Part shown: positions 1-13,516 of the stretch, one piece after another
Layout of the letters: each line of letters begins with the position of its first letter
Position numbering within the stretch: position 1 is the stretch's first letter
Origin: Penicillus capitatus
Taxonomy: Eukaryota; Plantae; Chlorophyta
Reading direction: 5' to 3'
NCBI GenBank assembly: GCA_965649825.1
Contig: OZ287700.1
Location: 1,492,871-1,556,870, forward strand
DNA: 64,000 nucleotides
The notes under the pieces: generated by a model
What the model was told of the DNA's origin: nothing
Databases searched by the model: none
What the model saw: only the letters and a program-made list of their open reading frames with translations
Translations under genes and position numbers: made by a program

Positions 1-2337
1 GACGCAAGGAGAGGAAGAGGATAACACAGAGGATGATGTCGATCTGGAACCCGAAGACGAACGCACACTAGAAGAGATGATGGAGAAGCTCGAATTCTTA
101 GATCGTAGGTATGCGCATCTCGTATTTGATGACGACGAAGAAAATGTCCCCTCTCACGACGGGGAATCCGACGAGCCAGAGGTCGATATCAGTCCACTCT
201 TCGAGGTGCCGCTGACCATGACCGATGTTCCGCTTTATTCATACAAACATGTTTTGTCCCCCTACAGAGTTCAGACGATCTGTTGGATTTCGATGACATT
301 GAGGTGCACGACGAATCGGAGGCAGCCAAAAATCTGGACGATGAAGATTTGCGATATCGATTCGATGATATCGAGTCTGAGGCGTTTTTGGAAGCATTGA
401 AAGGAGCAGATCCCGGAGAGTTCTTTCAAGGAAACAACGACATCGTAAGAAAAGCGGAAGATGCAATCATCGATGAGCGGCTGGAAGACATCCGCAGGCC
501 TTCCGAAGGGTATGACGTCGACGATTCTAAGTGGGAGAATCCTTACGACCAAATGTGTTGGGATATCAAGCGGATCCTGTTTCCCAGAAGAGGCAAACGC
601 GTGAGATCGTATGCCCTTCGTTTTCAGTGGAGTGACAAATTGGATCTGTAGGATCATCGACAGAACTGGGATCACATGAACGTTTCGGAAGAGATTAAGC
701 AGAAGAGAGCAGCAAAGAAAGCAACACGCTTGTCTATCTGGTTGAGCATGGAAAACGCAAAGGTCGTCAAGACTGCCATGAATCGACTTCGCAAGCTTCC
801 GAAGCGCGCTGCAGCAAGACAGGAGATCGTTGATAAGACATTGCGCAAGTACACAACAGTGCTTGACTATCATGAACACAAATTCAATCTGCAAAACACT
901 GTTGGTCTCTTCCATGCGGTCGCACGCCTCATTGATGCATCCGTCGACCCTCGGGCAATAGCAGAGAGACATAGACTATTTATCAGAAAGCTCTGCGGAA
1001 GAGTGAGAGACCAGTTGCAGGATCTTAACGGTCGATCTGTCTGTGAACTTCTTTGGGCATTACACAAAATGAGATTCAGAGATATTGCCACTCGTGTCCG
1101 CAGTCCGGCATCTACCACAAGCGTTTTAAAAGATGCAGAACGCGATTCGCTCATACAGTCAATACTGGAACGTGCAAACGCGCCAGATGTTGCTTACAAC
1201 GCCCAAGACAGAGCCATTCTTGTTCACACGTTACTGAAGATGCAACTCGCAGATCGGCAACCCGCCCTGGTTCAGAAACTGCTGACTGGTGCGGTGAGAC
1301 AGATTTCTGATTTTCAGCCGCGGGATGTTTCGATGCTCGTCTGGTGTCTTCCTCAGTTGAAGATCGCGCCGCCCATCCTCCTGGTTTCGTCCCTTGTAAA
1401 GAGAGCCATGGATATGGTCCCCGACTTCACGCCTCAGGACATTGCAGATACGGTGCACGGTCTGGCGCAGCTTTCATACTATCACTGCACGCGGCTCTGT
1501 TCTCTTTTCCTGTCCGAAATGGAAAGCCGATTGGAGACGTTCCGGTCACAAGAACTGGCGTGTGTGTTATGGGGATTCGCCAGACTGCTCTACTTGCCGA
1601 CTCCTGTTTTTCTGAACAAGGTCGCCGATGTCAGTCTTCGCACAATGGATCAGTTCACGCCGCAGAGTGCCTCGAATCTGATTCTGGCTTACGCCAATTT
1701 TCGCCACCATCACGCTCCTCTGACCAACGCTGTCGGCGTTCGTATTGTCGCCTCTCGAGGATTTCTCCGTTCACAAGATGTCGTCAATACAGCCTGGGCA
1801 TTTGCTATTCTCGAATGCTTGGATCCCGAATTCATGCGCTTCTGTCTGGAGGAGCTAAGGTATGTGCAACGGTCTTTGCCAGTCACCGAGAAGATGCAGC
1901 TTTATCAGTGCTTTCTCCACATGAGTGTGCATCATCCCGACGCCAACGTCTTTCGCATCTGCCCTCCCGGGTTTTTGCATAATTGTCGACAGAAATGGAC
2001 AGCAGCGCAGGCAGAGCTTCGCAAGGAAAACAAAGTGCTGGATGACATTCTGAGATTTCTGAAAAAAGAGGGCTATACTTGTCAGCACAGGCATCCCATT
2101 CGTGGCGGGGATTTCTTTGTGGCCACTGTTTCACAGCATGGCGTGCCCTACGTTGTGGAGTGCATCTCAAAGGATGTGAGGTTCAGCAATCAGCCCAACA
2201 CTCTGATTGGGAAGACAGCATGGAGAGAGAATCTTCTGGCTCGTTATGGCTATTTTATGCTAAGAATATATCCTGATCAGTGGACAGCGTTTGATAACGA
2301 CGAAAAAAGACGAGAGTTCTTCAAGCGTATTATTTAA
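1..2337 (+). CDS. RAP-domain / OPR-like helical-repeat RNA-binding protein with acidic N-terminal region (5' partial; introns about 205-265 and 601-651)
   Basis: Repeats FTPQDIADTVHGLAQL, FRSQELACVLWGFARL, FTPQSASNLILAYANF, LRSQDVVNTAWAFAIL. C-terminal RAP-like segment (VVECISKDVRFSNQPNTLIGKTAWRENLLARYGYFMLRIYPDQW). A GT..AG intron at 601-651 joins ORF 283-651 in frame to ORF 676-2337. Confidence 0.85.
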
Positions 2338-2380
2338 CTGCCTCGTTGCGCATGAAATTGTGTCGTTAACCATTCACAGC

Positions 2381-4026
2381 ATGGCGACTCTCGGGAGGCT
2401 TCCATATCACTCGGGGCCGTCTAGTTGCGCGTTTACGATCGCGAGCTTGCACAATGCACGTGGCCGCACACAGCACCACAGGGGAGCTACTGTGCAGCCG
2501 AGATCGAGGTTCATTGTGGGCCCTGTGTACAGCACCTCGACTACTGAAAAAGTGCCTCGACTTTGCTCTGCTTGCTGTCTACTGTCCAACATCTGCTGTG
2601 CTGTGCAGGATACGGAGACGGCCTTGGTCAGTACAGAAGAGCACATCTATGAGAAACTGGATCGCGATGTGAAATACCGTCCCGTTGTTTCTCCAGAGCA
2701 GTACCTTCTGAGCGTGCTCATATCCGCCGGACTCATTTACATTCCACTTCTCAAAGATCAACAGCTGACGAGCCAAGACTGGCCGAGGCTCAGTCTTATT
2801 GTCACTGTTTTTATCATTCTCTTCTTCACTTTCCGCCAACTCTTTCTCGAGACCTACTACACAGTAAGTGACACATGTCCGACGCCCTCGCTCCATGATG
2901 TCTGTGTACCGCAGTTACTGCAGAGACGGGAGACGCAACTGAGAGACTTTGATTCCATCTTCCGTGTCGCCGACAATATCACAGTGCACTATAAGTGCAA
3001 GCGTCCGGATGACACGAAGAGCAACATGGGCATGCAGCTCTATCACGGTTTCGGCTCAAATCTCTTCTCGTGGAAAGATGTCCAAGACAAACTTGCCATA
3101 GAAGTGGACGCTTGTGTCACGGCCACAGATCTTCTTGGCTTTGGTTTGACTCAGCGTCCATTCTTTTGGGGTCTCTATAGTCGTGAACGAGATGGAATGC
3201 TTGGGCGCGATATTCTCAGATACGAAATGCGAGATGTTCCCCAAAATGCCGCCAGAGAGGTTCTCGTGGGAAATTCCTTGGGCGGCGCCACAGCCATCGA
3301 AGAAACGATACGCGATCCGGAAAATATCAAAGCCGTTATCTTGATATCGCCGCTTCTCCAGTTGCTTGGCGATCCAAGCGAGGCACCATCACAGAAATGG
3401 CCCGAACGCATCCTTGATGCTCTTAATCATCTCTTCTTGGTTCGGGGTGGTAGTTTGCTGCTGTCGGCCCTCCTCTGGATTTCCCAGCCAATAGTCTTTC
3501 TCTTCATTCGATTTGCCACGCGCCAAAGATGGTTCTGGGAATTTGGTTTGGGCTTTGTGTACTATGATAAAGAGAAAGAGGAAACCGTTCTTGATTGGTA
3601 CAGGTAAGACAGATGCCTCATTTTTGAGATCCGTGCGAAACGGGGACTCTTTTGCGAAGGTTTCCGCTATTGGTGCGTGGATGGGAATTCGGAATCATCC
3701 GCCTCAGCCGTGCGACCATCTCGAGTCTCACCGGAGGAAGAACATTCGTGGACATCTTGAAAAATCGTCGCAATTCGGCGATTGATCAGTTCATTCAAAA
3801 AGTCAAGGACCACGACATTCAGGTGTTGCTTATTCACGGAGAGAACGATAGACTGGTCCCCGTTATCAAAAGCCAGCAGCTTCATGAACGCCTTCCGAAC
3901 AACAGCAAATTCATTCCCTATCCAGAGTGCGGACATGTAGCGCATGAAGAGTATCCTGAAAGATTTATCAAAGATACTGTCTCTTTCTTGCATGACGTGA
4001 AAAAGGAATCCCCGCAGTCGACATGA
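2381..4026 (+). CDS. alpha/beta-hydrolase with N-terminal transit-like peptide and two TM segments (introns about 2552-2608 and 3604-3659)
   Basis: Oxyanion motif HGFG, nucleophile elbow GNSLG, catalytic Asp in IHGENDRLVP and His in CGHVAHEE. The gtaag..aag intron joins YR|FPLL. Confidence 0.9.
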
Positions 4027-4489
4027 ACATGTCACAGCAACACATGCTATGAAATCGTGTATGGCGATCGATCGGAAGAGACGTACGTGCAAGGAAAGTG
4101 TATTCTCAACTGCGTTCAATTGTGACAAGTGACAAGGGACAAAATCGGGACATTCTTTCCCGTTCCGCAATTCAGTATTGTCCTTCTTAATGTAAATCCG
4201 ACACTTTCGTACGTCAACAAGATTTCTCGTGCTCTGTCTCTGAATGGAATATCGGATCGGTGGCATTCCTGATGTCATCCTTTGATTGTTGAATAGACAT
4301 TCGTATGTCTCATAAGGCATCGGATTCGAAAAGACGAAACCGAAAACCATGTCAAAGCTTTTGCATCGAAGAATGCATTTGCCGCTCATCGTCAAGTATC
4401 CAACACGATGATCGATGATTACTAATTCATCATTATTCGCGTCTTGCCGTTGTGTTTCTTTTCCATTGCGCGCATCCGTTCGACCAGTC

Positions 4490-5385
4490 ATGGCTTCCGC
4501 AAGAAACACATTTCAAAACGAAATTGACGAAAAGGAAAAGCAAGAAGTGGCTGAGAGAGCTGATGACGACGAGAAGGGTGTGCAAGAAGAACAGTCGGAC
4601 GAAGAAGATGAAACATCGATTGCTGCGATGTCCGACAGAGAGAGGCGACTGTATCTGTTAAGACAGAAGATGCAGCTCTCTCGCCAAGCCAATCATCAAG
4701 CCATCCTCGCCGAAAGCCGTCGAAAGAAGACTGCAGATAGTGGCGGACAGGGAGGCGATCGAAAGAAATGGTATGAGGAAAGAAAGAAGAAGCAGGAGGC
4801 TCGTCTGAAGGAATTGGGACTCGCACCGGACGACGTTCATCGGATCGAGACAGTCGAAGTGGCTTCAGCAAAACACAAGAAGAAAGAGAAAAAGGAAGCC
4901 GCCTTTGGATGGGATGTCTTTAATCAGAAGACGCTCTACAAGGCATACGAGAAGAGAGCCAACAAAGTGGATAGACACCCTGTGCGTCATGTTCTCGGAC
5001 AGCGTCTGGCGGTGTAGGTACCTTACACCGTCGAGGATTACCAAAAACAGAGAGAACTGAATCCAGATCTCTACGGAGAATCGGAGAGCAGTGTTTATGG
5101 CCGAGCGCCGAAGATTCCCGAAGAGAACATCGACAAGATGGTGAATGAGCTCAGCGAAAGGTGGCTGCCAGAGATGCAAAGAATTCGGCCTTTCCACGCT
5201 GTTCCTTTAGGCAACTGAAACGCTCAGAGTTCAGCAGGCGGCGAAAGCATTACGACGACCGCGATATCGATTTCATCAACGAACGGAATAAGAAATTCAA
5301 TCGGAAGATCGAGAGAGCCTTTGGAAAGTATACCGTCGAAATCAAAGGCAATTTGGAAAGAGGTACCGCACTGCCGGACCACTGA
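4490..5385 (+). CDS. SYF2: pre-mRNA splicing factor SYF2 (3 exons)
   Basis: [20 protein letters not shown] and [38 protein letters not shown] match the SYF2 C-terminal domain. Introns about 4967-5017 and 5161-5210. Confidence 0.95.
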
Positions 5386-6715
5386 TATTATCAAAGCTTC
5401 CCTGCAACGACACATGGACCAAAAATAGTGTATACGGGACGTATCGTGTCGGACACGTCAGTCGTAACAGACTAAGACGATGATGACGTCTATCTGCGCT
5501 GGAACACCTGTCCAATCGCGTCGATGAACGCATCATAACGCGAGGCAGTACACCGCCGGCGACGACTTACCACTAAGGGACCTTGCCGAACGCCGCCGTT
5601 GAAAGGCATCAAAGAAACGCGGTCGACATGCCAAACAACAAGCACAGGTCCCAACTGCGCCTTAAAAATGCAGATCTCGATTGTCGTCGATTGCGCGAAG
5701 GGACTCGGAGAAGGATGCAGATGCGTTGTCGGAACATTCGGGAATCTTCGACGTCTTCCGAATCTTTTCGGCTTTTATTCTCTCTCAGCGACCGCTTTGT
5801 TTCGTCGAGTGTTTTTTTGTCTGAGTGTGAGTGTTTATTTCCGTCTGTTTCGTCCAAACAGAGTCATACATAGTTTCTGCACATACACACATCATTGTAA
5901 ATCTTCACATCCCTCGAGGTAACAACACTGCCCTCCTTCACAATTTTCGCTTATTCTCTTCGGTTTCGCCCATTGATCGATCTCCGATACGGATGCCCTT
6001 CGTTCAGAGGCAAAATCTCAAGTCCGAGCACCCGAGCAAAACCTCATACCGAAAAATTACGTGTTTCTGACGGCAGCTGGACCAACCGCTGTCCTGCATA
6101 AAAGTTACCAGCGTGTTGATAGAGACAGACGGCCGCGCATCTTTTCGTTCTCGTGTTTATCGAGTTGTCTTCCGTTCGGCTTGTCTTTTTGTAGAGGCTT
6201 ACGATAGCGGTTCAATTCATTTGTACAGCCGGTCGCTGGCTCTTTGAACTTCCATTATCCGACGCTTTCGTTTCTCCCTTTTGGGTATTCTTCTTCGGCT
6301 GCCTTCTGGTGTTGACAACTTCACTCGACGCTAGCCGAAGCTCTACTCTACGTGACGTGGTGCTTCTTGACGCTTCAGGTTAGCCGTCGGACAAAACGCA
6401 TTGCCGTAGACGCTCCACACGCAGCATCTGCTGACAGCAGTGAGCGTACGGTGTACCTTTTTTGTTACCTTTTGCCTCCCATCCAACTGACGCAGCGATG
6501 GAATGGCTACCAAGGGTGCTATTGTTGTTGTAGATCCCGTTTAGAAGCATTTTGTTCAGTGACCACGTCTTCCACATCTGAGCGACATTCACTTCTATTT
6601 CTCTTCGCTTCTCGGAGATTTCACTGTTGAGCTCATCTATCGCTTGCAAGAACTAGATTCATAGTATCCATCCTTGCTGCATCGAAAGACAAATCGAAAC
6701 AACAAAAACTATAAC

Positions 6716-8538
6716 ATGGAGAGAATCAATGCATTTCGTTATGGTCCAACATTGGCGCTTTACGCTGCGAAAAGGGGATACACGCGAAACTTGAAGATGT
6801 TGATCCAGGCGGGTGTTGACATCGAAATCAGAGACCCAGATGGTCAACATCACCTCTCTGCCTTCATCTCCACCGACAGTGTGCTTTTTATGAAGGCATC
6901 GAGCATCCGGACGATGAAGGCTGTACCCCATTGCTTTTGGCTGCAAAAACGGGAAACTACAGGGCTGTGAAATTCCTCACGGAATCCCGCGCAAACGTTC
7001 TCGCATGGTAAGGCCATCCCCCTTGGCAATGCGTGGCATTTAATACACCTTCTGTTGATGTGCGCAGTTCGGAGGAAGATGTTTCAGCGTTGCAGTTTGC
7101 GTCTATCATTGGTCATACGAAGATCGTCGAACTTCTCATCTCTTCTGGATGTAGCATTGATCACTATAGCTTTGACGGTTTCACTGCATTGCATTGTGCG
7201 GCAAAACACGGTCATGTAGACACCACAAGATTATTGGTTCGAAGAGGGTGCGTCTTCTGTCGGAAGCCCCTCTGTTACACTTTTCATTTGGAATCTAGAG
7301 CGGATATCACAGCTAGGACCGGCAAACAACATACTCCATTGTCCCTGGCTGTAAAGCACGGACACCTTGGAGTTGTAAAGGTGTTAATTGGGTGCGGGGT
7401 CCACACGGAATTGGTTAAAAATAAAGTGCGTGGTCTGTCTATTATTGACAGAGATCGATTTCGCCGTCGTGACTGTCAGGGATTTACTCCATTACTGTTG
7501 GCCGCTAAGAAAGGACATACAGCTATTGTCAAGTATCTCATACTATCAGGAGCATGGTTGGGTGCAACCACCGATTCGCAATCATCCGCTTTGCATTTCG
7601 CTGCATTTTATGGACATAAAAACGTTGTCAAGTGTCTTATTGGTGCTGGGATTCGTCTCAACGCTCAAGAGTCGGAAGGATACACGCCCTTACACTTCGC
7701 TGCACAAGCTGGACATTACGGAGTAGTCAAGATTCTGTTAGGTAACACAACATCCTTGTTATGGATCGATCGATCGATCGATTTCGACAGACATGCCCTT
7801 TCATGACGGTTATGTTTGACAGAGGAAGGTGCGGATGTTGACAGAAGAACGTTGACCGGAGTGACGCCCCTGATCCTGGCATCTAAGAAATCGAACCCAA
7901 AAATCGTAAAGTTGTTACTTCAAGCCGGAGCCAATGTCGACGTGCAAACGGACCTGGGCTCCACCGCATTACACTTCGCAAGCTACTTTGGTCATAGTAA
8001 GGTTTCAAAGCTTTTGGTTATGCACGGAGCGAATCTGGAATTGCAAGAGGCAGAGGGGTTCACACCTTTACTCTTTGCCTCTCAAGAAGGACATTTGGCA
8101 ATCGCGAGAAGTCTGGTGCGAAGTGGCGCGAATGTCAATGCCGCGACCATTAGGGGATTCACAGCATTGATGCTAGCAACGGATGGGGGATGGATTGAAA
8201 TCGTTGACTATTTGATCACCGTTGGGGCAGACGTGGATGCGACAACGCTGAAGAAGGAGAGTGCGATTCATTTGGCAGTCAAGGCTGGGTCGAATGACAT
8301 ATTGGAGTTGCTGGCTTGTGCCGGTGCCAATCTGGATATGCCAGTAATGATATAGACATACGATGTTGCCTGCGAAGTGTCGACGTCTGTGTGCCTTGTG
8401 TGTTTGCAGGACGACCGAGGAAAGGTTCCTGTTGCATGGGCTGTTCGTTATGGGAATCGAGGCGCCATCCATGTACTGTTGGATCATGGGGCTCGGCCTG
8501 ACATTGACGATGACGATGATGAACTCCTCGACCTCTAA
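6716..8538 (+). CDS. ankyrin-repeat protein (multi-exon, over 10 repeats)
   Basis: Repeated G-x-TPLH/L-x-AA-x-x-GH motifs (GFTALHCAAKHGH, GFTPLLLAAKKGH, GYTPLHFAAQAGH, GFTPLLFASQEGH). Last exon after an intron about 8344-8409 ends ..GARPDIDDDDDELLDL*. Confidence 0.9.
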
Positions 8539-9559
8539 GCTGGTTGGTCCATTCACATCTGCGCTGACGACGACGACCTGAAGAACGCACCCATGCACTA
8601 ATTGTTAAGAGCAAATAATCGCAAGAAGGGGCTGGGGCAGACTGTTAGAAGCACACGAGTAGGGAGGGTCACGATCTCATCGTTATCCCAGCTGGACTGT
8701 CTAAGAAGCTGTGTGATTCGGTCGGGCTCTTTGTTTGGTGCGGTGTTAGAGAGCACGAATGGAACGCCTTTACATGCGAGCAAGCGAGCAAGCAAGCGAG
8801 TCTACTGCATTTGCTCCTTTTTGTTCATGTCCTTTTATACATATTCTGTCTGTCCAATGACGCGAACCGTCGAGGGCAAGAGTTGGCAATGCTTAGCACC
8901 TCGGCCTTGTCGACGACGACCTTTTGTGGATTATCATCTCTGTTCACAGCTTTGGTGAATTTCTTGGTAACAAACACTTCTCGTGCTCTATCAGGCTTCG
9001 TATCTGTCGCTAAACCTTGCATATTTTGACAGCATAAGAATCAGTGCATCTCCAGTTCTAGATGAGATTTATATCTAGTGATCTTTTCTAGTTTACATGT
9101 ATCTTTCTCTCTTTATGTTCAGCGCACCTGCCTGACCCTGAAACCTAAGTCGCAGCAAAGATTCATCACAATTTGATTTCTAGCATCTTTGCATGCGTTC
9201 AATTTTGGCATCGGCTGCACTAGATCACGCACGAACCTAGTGCGTGCCTCGTTGACACCGCCAATCAATATGTCTAGCGTCCTGAAAACTGATGACAATG
9301 AGTAGTCTCCTGGCCGTTTAATATTTCATTAGGCATTGCGCCTGCTTTCGATGTCGCACTGCTCTCAGAGTTCGTGCTATTCGATATCTCACTATCAAGT
9401 CCACTCCTAGCTCTAACTGTTATGCCATTCCACTCGCAGCCACCGATGTTTTCTTTCATTAGACGACTGTAACATTCCAAGAACCCTCTCTGAATGCACT
9501 AACGACCATATATCTTAATTCATGCCACAGGATCGTTGCCCTTGAAGAGCACCTGTGGC

Positions 9560-11474
9560 AGTTGCCGTACTCGACGTCTCTCTTGACGACGGACGCCATT
9601 CGCGACCAGATTTTGGCATGGACCTCAAGAAAGTCGATGACGCAGAGAGTACAAGTGGCACGCTCGTTGCCTTCAGAAAGAATGAGACATGCACAGCCAT
9701 GCCTTAAGAGAACAAAAAAAGAATCGACGGCACGGTTCATTGAGCGAATAAATATCCGGTCTTGAGCGCGTCCGCTCCAGAGCATAACTCGCATTCCGTC
9801 GTCCGCTGTCCTTGCGTCGCGTTCGTTTCAAAAAGCAGAATCGCCTTTCCTGCCGCTGACTGGGCTCGCGAGTTCGGTCTCCCGTTCGAACACTCATACC
9901 TACAACTGAGCGTGCTTTTCTGATGCGAACGTTGTCGAGAACAGTCGTTGACCATATCAAGCGACTTCTCAGACGTCGGTCCAACGAGACAATGAATTGC
10001 AAACCGGTTGGCGACTCTCTCGCGAACGCATTCACTGCACTCGAAGCCTGGATCGACGCTCTGCCGACAGACTGGAACGTGACCGTCACAGCCACGGTGC
10101 CCCTACCGTCCAACCTCAACTCCGAGGACATTCGTCGCGTAAAGATATCGTTCGAATGGAACGAAAAGGTCCACGCCACGCAATAGGTTGCTCTCTATGC
10201 AACAACAGTGGATGACGCCGAGGTACTCTGCCACCGAATCGATATCCAGAATCCAAAGAGCTCGTTCACGCCGCTCCTCCTGCTCTCCGAAATGGTGAGA
10301 TCTGAGTGTCATGCATGGATGGCGTTCTTGAAGGGAGATCGCCCTATGGTGTTTCCAGATCGCTTTTGCACATCCTCGTCTGCGCACTGCTGTGCGAGAG
10401 CACCTCAAATCTGAGAGTGTTCTCCACATTGCGATCCATGGACACGCTCAATGCCGAGAGCCAGCAGGGAAACTCTTTCTCCGACTGTGGGCTGCTGCTC
10501 TCCCGCAACAACACGCATCCGATGTCGTTCTCCTCTTGCACAGTTCTCTCGTGATCTCGGGCCTCTCTCGATGAGATGGCACCTCGTAGATCGGTCTGTT
10601 GCAGGAAAGCTTGAAATCTGAAGCTCTCGTGTGTATCTCTTCCATTGCGGCTGGTCATCCATTCCACTTGTACAGCGTCCGAGAAGCTTTGAAAACAGGA
10701 GGTTCTCCAACAGATGACACGCTTTTGTATTTCTTTCGTCTCTATGCATCTACAGAAAACGCACAGGTGAACATCGAGATCCTCTGGCCCTCGGCACAGC
10801 ATACGTTTACAGATCAAAGACAGCATTTCTCTGCTTCTCTTGTGGCTGCTTTTACAGAACCTATCCCAATGGCAGACCTTTTCGCTCTCCATGAATGAGG
10901 TTCTGGCGCTCGTCATCCAGCGCTGCAAACAGAGCGAGGAAGCAAACATACAGCTCGCACTCCTCGATGGTCTGTCGGATTTGTACATGAACGCTGTGAC
11001 ATTAGAGTACACCTCTTGTCCTTCATCTACGGTTAGATAATTCGTGGGTGTGTTACGTCCAGGTCTGTCTATTTTTGTGAAGGGATTGATCTTATTTCTG
11101 GTCTTCTCAATACCATGAGGCATTGTTCTTTCTTTCATGAAGCACTTCCATTTTGCGACTCGGTCGAGACGCCCTTCGAAGCCATTGCCAAACAGGCACG
11201 ATACCTGATACAACATCCAGAAACTCAGAGTGCATTCAAGTATGTGATGTCCATTGAGTTAGCAGGCCGCGTATGGTCTGCGATTGACATTTCTCTAGAT
11301 CAAGCGATATCTCACGCCAGTTGGCCAACATCGCCAGCGATCAGGCGTTTCTCCAACACGAACGCTTCCATTCAATATCGGAGACGTACCTTCGACCCCT
11401 CCTCTGTGATACAGACCCAACGTCGTCTTTATGAGCCCTCTTCTTGCATAAAAGGGCAATGCTACACAACGTAG
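9560..11474 (+). CDS. hypothetical multi-exon protein (boundaries uncertain; could be two genes)
   Basis: Chain of protein-like + strand ORFs (9923-10186, 10208-10414, 10599-10898, 10840-11040, 11115-11474) separated by short GT..AG gaps. No recognised motif. Confidence 0.4.
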
Positions 11475-11653
11475 AAATAACAGACGGACATTCTCTCTTT
11501 GCTAAATAATGGGCATCTTTCAAAAGCTTGCCTGCAATCCATATCTGTGCTATTCAAAGAGTGACGATTATTTGTGCTTATTTGCTAAAATGTTTCATAA
11601 GGGGGAAAGTGTGTGTACAGTGCAGAATAAGAACAACTGGTACTCTCTTGGGC

Positions 11654-13219
11654 TCAATCAAGAGTTTTTCGCAAAAGGTGCTTTTGATCCTGCCCAAAGA
11701 ATCGAACAATACCTGGGCTTGTCCTTTCGGTCGTGTAGCCGAACTTCCTGTAAAGCTTCCCGGCAACATCGTCTTTCACCCTGTCTCACACATCTCAGAA
11801 TGCGAAATCGCAAAAGAGTGTGATTTCACAGGAGATGTAGATAGATGTCCTTGATCGGCGTGCTTTGAACAATCTGCTCAGCTGCTTTGAGGAGCCTCGA
11901 TGCATGCCCCTGTCTTCTGAACACAGGCTGCACCGCAATGTTGGAAACGTAAGCAGCGTCTTCTGGTGGATTAAGCAAGAGAAAGAGGGATCGAGATGAG
12001 GCAGATAAGGAAAGCTCTGCGGTACCCAGCAGCACCTCTCCTATACAAACGACCTATCAATACTCAAAGGACAGAAGAAGAGAACACGACGAGAAGAGGC
12101 TGGACCAACAACTGCTTCGTCATCCACGACAGGAGAAGCTTCTTGTGGTACGACGTCCTCTTCCTGATACACAGCGATCAAAGGACAGGCATCGAAGGAG
12201 ACCCAACTTGTGATGGAAATGCTTCCTCAAATGCATCCATCTCCGCAGGTTCAGCCACTCTCTGAAGCGATCGCTCTTTGTCCTCATCGATCTCCATGCG
12301 AAAGCTGCTGAAGACGGTCGAGATGGTCTTGGCAGGTGCTGGTCGCATGTCCTCTAATTCAGGGACAGTCTGCGATGCCTCTTCTTCGTCCATTGCAGAG
12401 GGAAAACTGCGAAACATTGGCTGCAGGTAACCCTCTGGTTTCACGTATGTATCCTGATCTCCGTTATCCACTGGCTCAAGCATTGCGACCAGGACCACAC
12501 CATCCTTGTCCGACTGCAAGTAGTCTTCCAGATACCGTGTGATCTCTTTTCTCAACAGCCATCTGGACACGATAGACACATTGCGTCGTGGTAGGGATGG
12601 AGTTGTCTTCGACTTTAGAGTTCGAGTGTAACCTAGGACGACGCTGAAGGTGTTTGCAAGGAGACAGGCGACGGCATCAATGTCATCTTTGCGAAGGGAC
12701 CTTATGCGAACAATGCCGCTCTCCGTTTCTTCCTACATACTCTTACACGCTTCTCTGTCTCAATGCACTCGAAACACCACAACCTCAGCACAGAACCCTT
12801 GTAGTGGCGGCTCTACGTTTCCCTGCACGGCCAACAGCAACATCTTCACACCGAACGCAGCGTATCTCTGCTGGGATGCCACCTCCGTAAATGCCTGCGT
12901 CGTGGAGAGGGTCAGATCGGGTCCAGAAACGCGAGTGAAGGAAAAGAACGTTGTGGCTCGTTGCAGACGCGAAGGTGTCATCGTGCCGATCGAATGTCGT
13001 CTCTGTTGCCCGCTTGAGAATGGTGCCACCCTAAGGATAGAATCGAACACGGGAGACGTCTTCGAAAGGACCTCACTCGAGTAGGCCGACACTTCGACGA
13101 GCTCTCGTTGGGAGCATTCTTTTCCCTAACCGGAAGGGCTGTTGTACGACATCTATCCTTCGACGTCATGCACTCTCCACGTCTCGTCGCCCTTGCTTCT
13201 GTCGTGGCGTTTCTGACAT
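11654..13219 (-). CDS. GNAT-family N-acetyltransferase (multi-exon)
   Basis: Motif A YVSNIAVQPVFRRQGHASRLL. After an intron about 11781-11829 the frame reads IYLHLL|VKDDVAGKLYRKFGY (motif B) and stops at 11654. The start codon at 13219 is tentative. Confidence 0.8.
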
Positions 13220-13516
13220 ACTTTGGCATCACTCTCTACCGCCTTCTCGTAAACCCATACCCAGACGATGATTGAACACCCGAGGCGCCCTCTTTTATTC
13301 TATCCTTTGAACATCTCACTCTTCCTTTGTGTCTAGGTGACTCTTTTTTCTCCTGTTCTCCACTGGACTCAGCGGAGCAAAGCTGAAGTCAAGGGGAGAC
13401 AGAGCATAGACTTCATGACAGGCTGTGGGATTCGTTCTTTGTTTGTTGTCGTTGTTGTGGAAGGATAATGATGTGACGTCCATTGCTGTGGTCATTCGCC
13501 GCTCTCCTCTATCTCC

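Noticed and set aside
6380-6649. Minus-strand ORF fragment (QAIDELNSEISEKRREIE..) upstream of the ankyrin gene, and ORF 8825-9022
   Set aside because: Protein-like, but no in-frame start or convincing splice partners were found.
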